From Octopus bimaculoides (taxonomy: Eukaryota), in assembly GCF_001194135.2 (NCBI RefSeq), contig NC_068990.1, forward strand, positions 3,863,559 through 3,927,398: a DNA stretch of 63,840 bases, written 5' to 3'. The position numbers and the translations under genes are program-made. Below are positions 39,006 to 52,293 of the stretch, piece by piece (the stretch's first letter is position 1; each line of letters starts with the position of its first letter). The notes beneath the pieces were generated by a model. It searched no databases. It was not told where the DNA came from and was given only the letters and a program-made list of their open reading frames with translations.

Positions 39006-39166
39006 TAATGGTTTCAAATTTTGCTGATCAAGTACTAACTTTATCGTCCCCGAATGGATGAAAGCAAAATCGAATTTGGCGGATTTTGAACTCGGAATTT
39101 AAAGACATATGATATGTCGGTAAGCATTTCACCACCGTGCTAACGACTCTGCCAGCTCGCTACCTT
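39006..39166 (-). mobile_element. SINE family A, internally deleted
   Basis: Reverse head (ctaacgactctgccagctcgctacctt), B-box and tail. Confidence 0.8.
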
Positions 39167-40616
39167 GCTACAGCGATGCTTATAATAAGAATGTTAAATT
39201 TATCGTACAAGTCTTCCGTTTACATATTTTTTCACAACCACGCTCTACTAACATTACATTTTTAATATACATACACACATAAATGCATACATATATGTGG
39301 GTGGGGGTTGTTTGTGTATGCGTACACATACACGCACAAACGTAATAGCTTTCTTATATATGTGCAGTGCTTTTTTATGAACTTAATAGAAATAAACTAT
39401 TTGATGTAGTTACAGGAAGGAAAATTTTGCTAAGCTTTAAATAAAATGGGAAAGAATAAAAAGAAATTGCTATTAAATAACAAAAATAAACGAACGATTA
39501 TTTAGTATAACGTTGCGTTCCTTGAAGAATTCGATAAGATGTATTGACTTTTAATGCTCTTTCTCTTCGTGTGGGATTAAGGAAGAAGTAAGTTTTGACT
39601 CTCTGGCAACAAACTTGTAAAATACCTCGAGCAGTTTATTAGCGATTGATCCATTGTAGCATCATGTGGGAGAACTGCAGATGATCGAAATGGCAATAGC
39701 TTCTCGTTCACACAGTCGAAAATTTATCAGTGGGTATCTTGTTTGTTGTGTTGCTCTAATACTTGACTCTTATAAACACAGAACACAGCCAGCAGGATGT
39801 TGCGTACCGCAGGTTCATACCAACTTGCCACACTGTGGATTTAAAATAGATGCACATATGTATGTATGTATGTATGTGCNNNNNNNNNNNNNNNNNNNNN
39901 NNNNNNNNNNNNNNNNNNNNNNNNNNNNNNNNNNNNNNNNNNNNNNNNNNNNNNNNNNNNNNNNNNNNNNNNNNNNNNNNNNNNNNNNNNNNNNNNNNNN
40001 NNNNNNNNNNNNNNNNNNNNNNNNNNNNNNNNNNNNNNNNNNNNNNNNNNNNNNNNNNNNNNNNNNNNNNNNNNNNNNNNNNNNNNNNNNNNNNNNNNNN
40101 NNNNNNNNNNNNNNNNNNNNNNNNNNNNNNNNNNNNNNNNNNNNNNNNNNNNNNNNNNNNNNNNNNNNNNNNNNNNNNNNNNNNNNNNNNNNNNNNNNNN
40201 NNNNNNNNNNNNNNNNNNNNNNNNNNNNNNNNNNNNNNNNNNNNNNNNNNNNNNNNNNNNNNNNNNNNNNNNNNNNNNNNNNNNNNNNNNNNNNNNNNNN
40301 NNNNNNNNNNNNNNNNNNNNNNNNNNNNNNNNNNNNNNNNNNNNNNNNNNNNNNNNNNNNNNNNNNNNNNNNNNNNNNNNNNNNNNNNNNNNNNNNNNNN
40401 NNNNNNNNNNNNNNNNNNNNNNNNNNNNNNNNNNNNNNNNNNNNNNNNNNNNNNNNNNNNNNNNNNNNNNNNNNNNNNNNNNNNNNNNNNNNNNNNNNNN
40501 NNNNNNNNNNNNNNNNNNNNNNNNNNNNNNNNNNNNNNNNNNNNNNNNNNNNNNNNNNNNNNNNNNNNNNNNNNNNNNNNNNNNNNNNNNNNNNNNNNNN
40601 NNNNNNNNNNNNNNNN

Positions 40617-40653
<37 letters not shown>

Positions 40654-40689
40654 TGTATGTGTGTGTGTCTGTGTGACTGTGTGTGTGTC

Positions 40690-40900
40690 TTCGTGTTTAT
40701 TTGTCTCCTCACCACCGCTTTACAACCGGTGTTGGTGAATTTAGGTCCTTGTAACTTAGCGGTTCGGCAAAAGACCGATAGAATAAGTACTAGGCTTTAA
40801 AAATTCTTCCTGGCATCGATTTGTTCGACTAAAAAATCTTTCAAGGTGATACCCGAGCATGGCCGCAGTCAAATGACCGAAACAATAAAAGATAAAAGAT
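40690..40900 (+). mobile_element. SINE family B 3' half
   Basis: caaccggtgttggtg...gtaacttagcggttcggcaaaagaccgatagaataagtactaggc...gcatggccgcagtcaaatgaccgaaac. Confidence 0.85.
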
Positions 40901-41852
40901 ACACACACACACACACAAAAGATAGGTAGATAAGCAGATAGAAACACAGAAGACAGAGAAACTGTGTGATGCTAACAGAACGTGGTTATGGAAAAATATG
41001 TGTTCACATAAGATTTGTACATGTTTCACTTTCCCCCTTGTGGAGATCGACCACATGGATAAGCCAAAAGAGCGTTCGAAATTAGCCGTTGTTTTCAAAC
41101 GTCTTCATTTAATTACGCTATTTATTATTACAATAACTCTTTTATTGCATCTACATTCTTTAGATATAATTCATTTTAAAAAGAACAGTGCGTTTTATAA
41201 TTACGTATATGCTATTCTTTCATAGAATCTCACAACCTATGGATTTTTCAATCATATAGGGACTATTAGGTTAATTTTCTCTACTAGACGTATCTTTCTT
41301 AAAGAGTAGCTTTGGAATTACAAAAAAGCAACTACAACATCAATAATATGAACATGATTTACAACTTGAACATCAGTTTATATAATTGCATATTAACAAT
41401 ATAATTATCAGTGTTTATATTCTATTATTACTCAATAGCCATTTTCAATAGCTTCTGAAATAGAAGCAGATTTATGTAGCAAGTAAAGAAGCGCTGCTAA
41501 AATACATTACATGACAGTAAAGTATTATATATTAGAGATGCCTAAATTATCGTTCTATTTTATTCCGTTTCATTTCTTATCTATTTCATCTATTGTCATA
41601 ATTCATTGTAACTTTTCCTAATGAACCACCATTAGGATGTCAGAGCGTCATTACATTCCTTTAATTTTTCATTTGATGTGTTTTTCCTGTATCTTCACTC
41701 CATCTCATACAATATCCTCCTACTCTTTTGTTATTATTATTAAACGAGAAACGGTGGCAAACTTATGAAACCAAAATAGAAAGTGCTGCTTGTCAGATTT
41801 TGGCAGTAAAGCAAGAAATACAACAATAATAACAATAACAATTTGACGATGG

Positions 41853-41853
<1 letters not shown>

Positions 41854-41910
<57 letters not shown>

Positions 41911-41926
41911 AATGATGATGATGATG
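41854..41926. repeat. (GAT)n microsatellite
   Basis: Direct sequence; source of the poly-H and poly-I ORFs. Confidence 0.95.
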
Positions 41927-43116
41927 ATAAATACGATAATGATGTAATTGATCGAATTCCATATGAATATAATTTTTCTTCTCCATATCATTTATCTAAG
42001 ATCACTCTACTGTGTTAGTGGGGAAGAAATGTGTAGATATGCACAAATTCTGTCTTGAAAAATTATTAACTTTTCCTGAAAATACCTTTAATTTGAAAAC
42101 ACTGTAAACTTCAAAGATAGCTGAATTATTAAAAAGACATTTATTTTATATTTTATGTCTATGAAATGTATTGTATATTTTTCCGTATTTTTGTGCTTAT
42201 TTCAAAAGAATGCAACAAAAAGATTGGCGAGTTTCTTTAAATTTCATATCTTTCAATTTTTTCTTTTTTTAATTTAATTTATGTTTTTGAATATCTTTTA
42301 GCATAGCTCTTATTTCGTGTCTGTGGAATTTTTTTTTATTTATGAGAAAATAACACAGGTTTTAAATAAAGAAACTGTATACTTAGACGAGTGTATGTAT
42401 ATCAATATTTGTATATATGTGAGTCCGTATTTAATTTTTTTCACGTTCGTTTCTTTATTGTGCTGAATGTAATTTATTTAAATCCAACAGAATAATATTA
42501 TTTTATCAGGGAAAAGAAATTGTAATAATCAAACAAAATAAATTATAATGAACATTTTTCATTTTTTTTTTTTTTTCATTTTGATAAAATCAGATATGGA
42601 ATATCAATAAGACAACTAATATATATATTATGAGGAAAAAATACAGTAATGAAACTCTTTGTTGATAACCGAATCATAGACCAGATGTCATTCAATTCTT
42701 TTTTATTATTGATAAAATTAATCATATCTGCCAAAATGTATCAATATGATTACCAATTTTTTTTTTTTAGGCAATTTTTATTCTAGCAATTTTCGATAAA
42801 AGTTTGGAAATAGAATGACAATTTCCAATCAAATATATTATTTACAACACACTTCTTTATTGTGTTATTGATTTCTGTTTGTCTCAGCAGGAGGCCAACT
42901 TATAAGAAGGAATTAATTAGACCTTGAGTGTATTACTAATGCTTAATTTATTAACACTAGAATGAGGAAAGAAAGATAAAGACATATTTAACGTGATTAA
43001 TACAGCAACGCTACACACTTATATTTAAAATGATTTTAATGTTATTGCTGTTTAGTCCCAGATCAACTCTGATCTAAGGCATTCCAGCTGTGATATTATG
43101 TATTTTTCCTATATGC

Positions 43117-43325
43117 TTGTTGTTGGCACTCCGTCGCTTACGACGTCAAAGGTTCCAGTTGATCCGATCAACGGAACAGCCTGCTCGTGAAATTAACGTG
43201 CAAGTGGCTGAGCACTCCACAGACACGTGTACCCTTAACGTAGTTCTCGGGGATATTCAGCGTGACACAGAGTGTGACAAGGCTGACTCTTTGAATTACA
43301 GGCACAACAGAAACAGGAAGGAAAC
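43117..43325 (-). mobile_element. Abundant repeat, probably a LINE (RTE-like) 3' end with (CAA)n tail
   Basis: Minus strand ends ...cgtaagcgacggagtgccaacaacaag; family assignment from memory only. Confidence 0.45.
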
Positions 43326-43398
43326 TGGATGCATGGATGTGCGTTTACAGGTAATCGTATACGGACGTGCGTGTCGATCTGTATATGTATATATACAC

Positions 43399-43462
<64 letters not shown>

Positions 43463-44161
43463 NNNNNNNNNNNNNNNNNNNNNNNNNNNNNNNNNNNNNN
43501 NNNNNNNNNNNNNNNNNNNNNNNNNNNNNNNNNNNNNNNNNNNNNNNNNNNNNNNNNNNNNNNNNNNNNNNNNNNNNNNNNNNNNNNNNNNNNNNNNNNN
43601 NNNNNNNNNNNNNNNNNNNNNNNNNNNNNNNNNNNNNNNNNNNNNNNNNNNNNNNNNNNNNNNNNNNNNNNNNNNNNNNNNNNNNNNNNNNNNNNNNNNN
43701 NNNNNNNNNNNNNNNNNNNNNNNNNNNNNNNNNNNNNNNNNNNNNNNNNNNNNNNNNNNNNNNNNNNNNNNNNNNNNNNNNNNNNNNNNNNNNNNNNNNN
43801 NNNNNNNNNNNNNNNNNNNNNNNNNNNNNNNNNNNNNNNNNNNNNNNNNNNNNNNNNNNNNNNNNNNNNNNNNNNNNNNNNNNNNNNNNNNNNNNNNNNN
43901 NNNNNNNNNNNNNNNNNNNNNNNNNNNNNNNNNNNNNNNNNNNNNNNNNNNNNNNNNNNNNNNNNNNNNNNNNNNNNNNNNNNNNNNNNNNNNNNNNNNN
44001 NNNNNNNNNNNNNNNNNNNNNNNNNNNNNNNNNNNNNNNNNNNNNNNNNNNNNNNNNNNNNNNNNNNNNNNNNNNNNNNNNNNNNNNNNNNNNNNNNNNN
44101 NNNNNNNNNNNNNNNNNNNNNNNNNNNNNATATATACACATATATATATATATATAGCTAT

Positions 44162-44193
<32 letters not shown>

Positions 44194-44209
44194 ATGCATA
44201 CACACACAC

Positions 44210-44336
44210 GACTGGCTTCTTTCTTTGACTCGTGGCTATACTGGAAGTTCAGTCCCACTGCGTATCCCAAGATGCCACGCTGTAGGACTGAATCCGAAAC
44301 CAAACTTTTTTACCTCACAGCCACGCCTGTACCTCA
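44210..44336 (-). mobile_element. Rearranged SINE family B head
   Basis: cccaagatgccacgctgtaggactgaatccgaaacc...cacagccacgcctg. Confidence 0.7.
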
Positions 44337-47061
44337 AACAGATAGGCAGAGAGAGGGAGAGAGACACACACAGAAAGAGAGAGTGGAAGTCATAGATACA
44401 TACGTACGTACATACATACATACATACACACATACATACATACATACATACATACATACATACATACATACATACACACACACATACATACATACATACA
44501 TTCGTATATCTTTGACGCAATTTCATGGAACACATGGAGATGAATTTGGATGAATAGATGGACGAATGGAAAGATATCTTGATTGTTTGGTGAATTGGAT
44601 TAATGGATAAATATATGGAGCAGAGAAGCGTTCAGGAATAGATATATTTTTATGAACTTCAATCATAATACTTACAATGGATATTACATTTACAATATTG
44701 TATATTTACATAAGTGGCTTTTCCAAAAAGTAAAAAAAAAAATAATACTCTAAAAATATGCCTGATTTTGCTGTATATGATAAAGTTGATGTAATAGAGA
44801 TGCCATAACGAAAATAGAATTATACAAAAGAGGTTTTCAAAGAAAACATATAACTCTATACAAATCTTTGCATTAAGTTTTACATTACATTTGCATTATT
44901 ATTATTACATTAGGGAGTCACGACCAGTAATAGATCCACCATTTTATCTACTTTTTTCTAATCAGTCTAATGGATTGATCTGTTCGATTCGATTCGATTC
45001 TTTAACTTATTGTAATCCTGAAATTGCTTGAGAGATATAGGAAATGTTACTTACATAAGCAAATGTGGAGTAATTTCTTTGAATTGGCAAACATTTGATA
45101 ACGTATTTGCATGTGATGGAGTTTTCAGGTCTTTACTTTTTTTCCTCTTTTTATTTCTTTCTGAAGGATAAAAAAATGTTCCGAGAAATTGTTTCTCCAA
45201 ATATTAATAATTAGCTTTTGTGTGTGTGTCTGTGTGGTTGTGCGTGTGTGTGAGAGAAAGAGAGAGTATGTGCGTGTGTGAGTGTGTCTATACGTATGTA
45301 CGTGTATGTATATATGCATGTATGTATGGATGGATGGCTGAATTGATTGATCGGTGGTTTTTTGCATGTATGTGATGAAAGCTTACAGTCGAGTGAATAG
45401 TGTTTAGTCCATGATCATAAGGTGTTCAATGGCGAAACCGGGTGGCAAGCTGTGTCCTTGATCGAGGCACTTCAATCCAGATTGATCTAGTCTACTCAAG
45501 TCTACCAAACGGAAGCTGAGGCCACCTTCTTTCCTCTCTAGCTCTCCCATCCCAGCTGGTCGACTAAGTTCAGGGTGGACAGGCCAATACAGATAGTACC
45601 TACATAAGTATCCAAAGCAATTACCTAAAGCTTCTTCCAAGCTGTATTCACTCGCTGACGTCGTTTGGCTGTACACACAAACATCATACACGTGCATGTT
45701 TGTATGCTTGAATGCATATGTCCATATATGTGGATGACCGCAACACAGTCGAACAGTCCAGAAAATCGTTTGACAATAATTAGGTCACAGTTCCGATCCT
45801 AATGTACGGATTCTTTTCCATAGTCTTGAGTTCGTCCAAGTATTGTTGGTTAAACTTCATCGATGAAATCTGTGGGGGAAACCCCGTGACCAACCATATC
45901 ACGCACTACCTCACGCTCATTTGCTTGATTAACTTAAGAGTGAACTTGTCTATAGAGTGTTCAACCGCTTACAATGAGTAAGTAGTTCGGTTAAACAAAC
46001 AAAATTCTGGTCGTAATTCTACGAAGTATTCATTTATTTGAAGTTTACTATATATGCAAATGTAAGTATGTATATGTATGCATTCTTGTAGGAATGCCTC
46101 TAGCTATGTATGTATACTTGTGTGCATGCATGTATGCCAGTAAATTTGTTTGCAAATATATACTTATGCATATTTATATGTATTTATGTATATATGCTTG
46201 CATGTGTGAATACGTATGCGTACATACGCGAATGTACGCATGCATACATGAATATGAATGTATGCATACGTACAAGTACGTATACGTATGTATGTATACA
46301 TGTACATATGCATCTGTGTTGGTGTATTATGTATGTATGTATATATGTATTATGTATGTTTGTATAAATGTATATATGAATATATATATCATATAAAATA
46401 TGGAGTTTTACAAACAAAACTAATACGAATTCCCTTTCAAACATGATAATGAATGCATCATCATCATTATCATCATTATTGTCAACATTACCAAGAAATT
46501 TGTGAAATTGAAATTCTTGAATCTCATTAACAAATAATTAGGAATCGCAGTTATTACAGTAGCTATCTTCAAATAAATAGATTTAAACATGCATGTAAAA
46601 AAAAAGAAAGAAACTCATGTGAAAACAAAAAATGAATTTTAAAATAAATTATAGAATGAAAATAAGCAACAGATTGTCAAAATAGATTTCATCGAATTAA
46701 AATAAGATTACTCAGTAAAACATAAAAAACTTTGCCCCGCACATTCATTTAACCATAAAATCGATACAGCAACCATTATTGCCCTCAATAACAGCCATTC
46801 ACAATCGATCCAAATTGGTGACTGGGTGGGGGTTAGGGTTAGGGTCTTCTGCTTCTAAGTGGTTGTTCCATCTGGCAGAAATAGCAGCCAAATATTCCAC
46901 AAATTGTACCGTACCGTCTAGAGAATTTAAACCAACATTTTTTATAATACTAGATACACATGTGGAAAAAATTTAATAAATCTGGTTAATGGAATTATTA
47001 GCTAAATTTTTTCGCGAATTATTACTGTTTCGGAAGAAATAAAACAATAAATAAGTTATGT

Positions 47062-47105
<44 letters not shown>

Positions 47106-47228
47106 CACATATATATGTATACACGTAAAAATTCACATACATACAAATATAAATGTATGCATGTATATATATGTGTGTATGTGTGTGTGTGTTTGTGTGG
47201 GTGTGGGTGTGGGTGTGTGTGTGTGTGT

Positions 47229-47390
47229 GTCGTGGCTGTGAAGTAAGAAGCTTTCTTTCCAACCACATGGTTCCGGGTTCAGTCCCACTGCGTGGCACCT
47301 TGGGCAAGCATCTTCTACTATAGAACTCGGACCAACCAAAGCTTTGTGAGTGGATTTGTTAGACGGAAACTAAAACAAGATCTTCGTATA
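47229..47390 (+). mobile_element. SINE family B 5' half
   Basis: gtggctgtgaagtaagaagc...ggttccgggttcagtcccactgcgtggcaccttgggcaag...gtgagtggatttgttagacggaaact. Confidence 0.9.
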
Positions 47391-47813
47391 TGTGTGTGTG
47401 TGTGTGTGTGTGTGTNNNNNNNNNNNNNNNNNNNNNNNNNNNNNNNNNNNNNNNNNNNNNNNNNNNNNNNNNNNNNNNNNNNNNNNNNNNNNNNNNNNNN
47501 NNNNNNNNNNNNNNNNNNNNNNNNNNNNNNNNNNNNNNNNNNNNNNNNNNNNNNNNNNNNNNNNNNNNNNNNNNNNNNNNNNNNNNNNNNNNNNNNNNNN
47601 NNNNNNNNNNNNNNNNNNNNNNNNNNNNNNNNNNNNNNNNNNNNNNNNNNNNNNNNNNNNNNNNNNNNNNNNNNNNNNNNNNNNNNNNNNNNNNNNNNNN
47701 NNNNNNNNNNNNNNNNNNNNNNNNNNNNNNNNNNNGAGAGAGAGAGAGAGAGAGAAAGAGAAAGAGTAGGAGAGTGAGAGAGAAACATACATATATATAT
47801 TTATATATATATA

Positions 47814-47855
<42 letters not shown>

Positions 47856-48580
47856 ATGTGTGTGCGCGCGCGCGAGTGCTTGTGTGTTTAAACATACTCA
47901 GAAATTATTATGTCAAGAAATTAGTTGAGATGTGACACAGCAATGCATGTCAGCAGATGATATTGAGTATCACAGAAAGTGGTGTAAAATAAAACACGCT
48001 TGATAGAACAAATAAAAAAATTAAGAAATGAAAGATAAAGCAATATTTAGAATATATAAGCCCCAAGCATCTATTATGCTTTCAACGCATTCACGCCTTC
48101 TACTTATTCGTGCTAAAAGATGGTTCCGTTTCAGCTGGGACACCTACGCCATATGAACGTTGTCTCTCAGATCTGATCTCTGCAATTCTTTAACAGAGTA
48201 ACAATCTGCGTTCACGACTCACATATCAACAGAAACGTCGTTGTTTCCAGCCATAAGCACAAAAGCATGTAGCCGCCCGCTTTTGCGTCGTCTAGAGGTA
48301 TAGTCAAGCAAAACCGCGACCGCTAGAGCTTGAATCAGAAATCAAAGAGTTAAACTAATCGATGATTCATCGATACTCTTCATAATAGTATATGAATAAA
48401 CAAAAAGAACAATAATAAAAAAAATAAACAGAAAAACAATAATAAATGAACGAAGAACATATATATAATGCGTGTGTTTATTTGGCAAAAACGAAAAAAA
48501 ATGACTCTCCTGAAATACAACAATATCTGTTTCAACACACGATTTCACATCAGGAATCCGCAACACAAACTAATAAACGT

Positions 48581-48626
<46 letters not shown>

Positions 48627-48752
48627 TTACATATAAATATATCATTTTGTGTATGTATGCGTGTGTGTGCATGCACATGCGCTCGCGCACACACAAACAC
48701 ATATATCTGTATGTATGTGCGCACGCATATGTTCAAAGTCCATATTATATAA

Positions 48753-48793
<41 letters not shown>

Positions 48794-49086
48794 TGGCTGT
48801 GTTTGTGATTATGTTTCCTGACGTGTTGGGCGTGAACGTGTACGTATGTCATGTGTATGCGCGAGTGACTCGAAGGATTCAGCGCGTTGAAAGCATATTT
48901 GCTGCTTGTCAGCTAGCTCTATATTCTGTTCATTACATCATTTTTCTTTTCTGAATTTATTTCATCTGTCAGGCGTGTGTTTTTAACCTCTACTCATCTG
49001 CTGCCAAAGACATCTGAAGAAAAATTAATTTTTCCGTGTCTTACTCATTTTTTCTCTCTCGCTCTCTCCCCCTCTCTCTCTCTCTC

Positions 49087-49123
<37 letters not shown>

Positions 49124-49326
49124 ATCTCTCTCCTTCTCTCTCTTACTCTTCCCCTCTTTATACATATACTCATACGTGTTCACATAGAGATGTAGATATG
49201 TATGTATGCGCATGTACGTTTACGGATGTGTAGATTTATATATATATTATATATGTTTATATAACGATATGCACTTATGTTTTTCATCTATTATATTAAT
49301 ATAAATATAGTATATGATATATATAT

Positions 49327-49361
49327 GGGTTTAGGGTTAGGGTTAGGGTTAGGGTTAGGGT
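49327..49361 (+). repeat. Interstitial telomeric repeat (TTAGGG)5
   Basis: Five perfect TTAGGG units at 49331-49360, preceded by GGGT. Confidence 0.9.
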
Positions 49362-50589
49362 ATATATACATAGATATCAATACAAGGAAACACACAAAGC
49401 CGCATACACTCATATATATGTGTATATATATATATATTATTACGTTTGTAGAAATAAATAATCTTGTATTTTTCTATTATTCAATTGATCTTTAATTATA
49501 ATTAAATAAACGTCTTTAGTTTTAAATAGTATAGCTTTAACTATTACACCGGTTAAATATGTACTAATTTTATCTTTATTATTATTTTAAACTTAAACTT
49601 CGTTCAACTTGTATTTAAAACAATGATAATTTAAAACAATGATAATTTATGTAAGATGTTTTTTGTATATAATATACATGTTATTATAATGGATGAAGGG
49701 ATGATTATTGAATGGTTATTATTTTGATATTATGATATTTTTTTTATAATTTTTCTATCTTTATATAATAAGTATTTCATATTAATTCATTTGGTACTTA
49801 TTGTTGGTTGAGATATATATCTAATTATTGTTCTACTTACGATCTAACGAGTAGCTATATTTTTGAATAGAATTTATTTTCGATAATTTCAATTGATTTT
49901 AATCGATTTAAATTTCTTTTCTATTTGAAAATCGGTTATGAAACACGTGTAATCTTTTTATTATATTTATCTTATGATATTTACTTTACTTTATATTATA
50001 CTCATTTATTGTGCTTTTAATTATTAATTTTTCTATATGTGATAGTGGATTTTCATCGATGAGTTCTTGAAAATTGGTTATTTTCCCTAAAACTATATAT
50101 TTTATATATATATATATGTGTGTGCGTATATATACATATATAAATATATACATATATATACAGATATATATATGTATGTTTATATTTTAATACTTTTTGT
50201 ACTTCTAATACATTGCATGTACCACGTCCTCACATTGTTTCTTCTTGTTTTGTTTTTGTTTTTCGTCTTTCATGTTTAAACGAATAAGCTTGCAAAATTT
50301 TCACATAGTGCCGGGAAATGATAAAACGCAATGAAATGAATGCTTCAACTCAAACTAAAGGGAGTTGTAAATATTATTTACAAACACCACTTCTATTTCA
50401 AAATTCGATTTTTTTGACAGACACATCCGCATAATCTCAAATTCAGTTAATGATCTGTCTCTGATGAACGTAAAGATATCGGAGCCGATTTCTTGAAATT
50501 TGCATTTATGTCAGACTTGAATAGACAGGTATTTATTGATATGTATATATATGAACACGCTTCTACTATACTGTTTTAATCGCTTGCGT

Positions 50590-50940
50590 CTAAGTGTGAA
50601 ATTGGATATGGTTGTTGACACTGTTAATTAAGTTTTTGAAATCATTGAGTTGGTCGAGTGTGTGGATGAGGCAATCATCGAAGTAGAATTTCCAATTCTC
50701 CTACAGGTATTTGTGGAAAGACAGGCCGTATTTTGATTTGGATTCTTCAGAAATTTGTAATTCTAGGTAGACCATCACCAGGTGTGCATAGGTGGGGCAA
50801 CTTTAGTACCTATTGCAGTCCCTGATACCTGTCTGTAGGTATTATTATTAAAATTAAAGAAGTTGTTTTGGAGGATAAACTTAAGGCTCTCAATGATAAA
50901 TTCTTTTTTTTATATTCTTTCCAGGACCACATTGAGGTAT
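50590..50940 (-). mobile_element. Penelope-like element reverse transcriptase fragment
   Basis: EFIIESLKFILQNNFFNFNNNTYRQVSGTAIGTKVAPTYAHLVMVYLE...NWKFYFDDCLI...LNDFKNLINSVNNHIQF (PLE RT motifs GTAMG.K.AP.YA.L.M..LE and RY.DD). Confidence 0.9.
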
Positions 50941-50944
50941 CTTT

Positions 50945-50986
50945 CTAGCCAGAGCCCGCTGCCCTAACCACTGGGCCATTGCGGCT

Positions 50987-50990
<4 letters not shown>
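50945..50990 (-). mobile_element. tRNA-derived SINE head fragment
   Basis: Minus strand ggagccgcaatggcccagtggttagggcagcgg (A-box TGGCCCAGTGG). Confidence 0.7.
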
Positions 50991-51062
<72 letters not shown>

Positions 51063-51226
51063 GTATATATATATATANNNNNNNNNNNNNNNNNNNNNNN
51101 NNNNNNNNNNNNNNNNNNNNNNNNNNNNNNNNNNNNNNNNNNNNNNNNNNNNNNNNNNNNNNTATATATGTGTGTGTGTGTATGCATTTATGTATGTACG
51201 TATGTATATGTATAATTCTTTTTTGG

Positions 51227-51313
51227 AATAGGTTCTCTATTGAGAACCTATTGAGAATTGGTTCTCAATAGTTACTTGAAAGGTCTTTCAAGTAACTATT
51301 GACTTGAAAGACC
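51227..51313. repeat. Chain of overlapping perfect inverted repeats
   Basis: 11-bp stem 51227-51252; 10-bp stem 51248-51271; 17-bp stem with a 2-nt spacer 51266-51301; 51302-13 is the reverse complement of 51282-93. Confidence 0.95.
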
Positions 51314-51479
51314 TTTTGTATAAAAAAATCGATGATTTTCTGTGGGTCTCAGACTTAGATCTCCAGTAGACATGACATGTCTGCAGGAGATGTGTTTTGC
51401 ACTTCGAAAACCAATACCAAAGTGAAATTTTGAAAGATTGTACATTTTCAGCGATGTGGGGGGGGGGGCGCGTATGTGC

Positions 51480-51775
51480 ATGTGTTTATATATCATTGTA
51501 TCGAACAGACAACCGGATGTTATACACCGCTGGTTACAATGCGCTTCTTTGCATTGTTATCCTTTTCGAATGATGCCACCCCGCAGATCAGTCAGGCAAG
51601 TCAATATTCCCACTGAATGAGACCATTTTGTCGCAGAGTTACCCATTTATAGTTGAATGGTTTGGAGGAACGTGAAATGAAGTATTTTATAGAAGAACAT
51701 AACACACCGACGAGCTGGGAATCGAAATAAAGATCTTCCGAGTAATACATTAACCACTAAGCTATGCGCCTTCAC
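51480..51775 (-). mobile_element. tRNA-derived SINE family C, degenerate
   Basis: Minus head gaaggcgcatagcttagtggttaatg, B-box-like ttcgattccc, and body shared with the 52060 copy. Confidence 0.7.
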
Positions 51776-52059
51776 CATATATATGTGTGTGTGCATTTAT
51801 GTGTGTATGTATGTGTATGTATGTGTATGTGTGTATGTGTATGTATGTGTATGTGTGTGTGTGTACATATATATATATATATGTATCATATACGTATGAG
51901 CGAGTACGCCTGCGTGTGTTTGTGAAGTCGATGTATCCATTTATATATTTTGTTATATAGAGTTAGAAATCTTTTACATTAAGTATTTTCATTTTCTCTT
52001 CATATATGTGTATGCATGTGTGTGTACGTGCTTCCAGAATCAAAGCTCCTTTCGGAACC

Positions 52060-52293
52060 ATAGACTTATAAGTCTGTCTTCCCGGATTCTGAGGCGTTTA
52101 TGCTCCCTTCCTCCCAAGATGCGACGCCGATCCATCATAGGATTACTCATCTTCCCCCTGCTGAGCAGATTCAAGCAACGTGAAGTGGAGTGTATTGCTC
52201 AAGAACAGCACAACGCATCACCCGATCCAGGAATCGAAACCTCAATCTTACGATCATGAGTGCAACACCCTAACCACTAGACCACGTCCCTCC
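52060..52293 (-). mobile_element. tRNA-derived SINE family C
   Basis: Minus tggagggacgtggtctagtggttagggtgttgcactcatgatcgtaagattgaggtttcgattcctgg...gcgttgtgttcttgagcaa. Confidence 0.85.

Noticed and set aside
39655-39850. Non-repetitive, exon-like segment
   Set aside because: No frame on either strand gave a recognisable protein with consistent splice sites.
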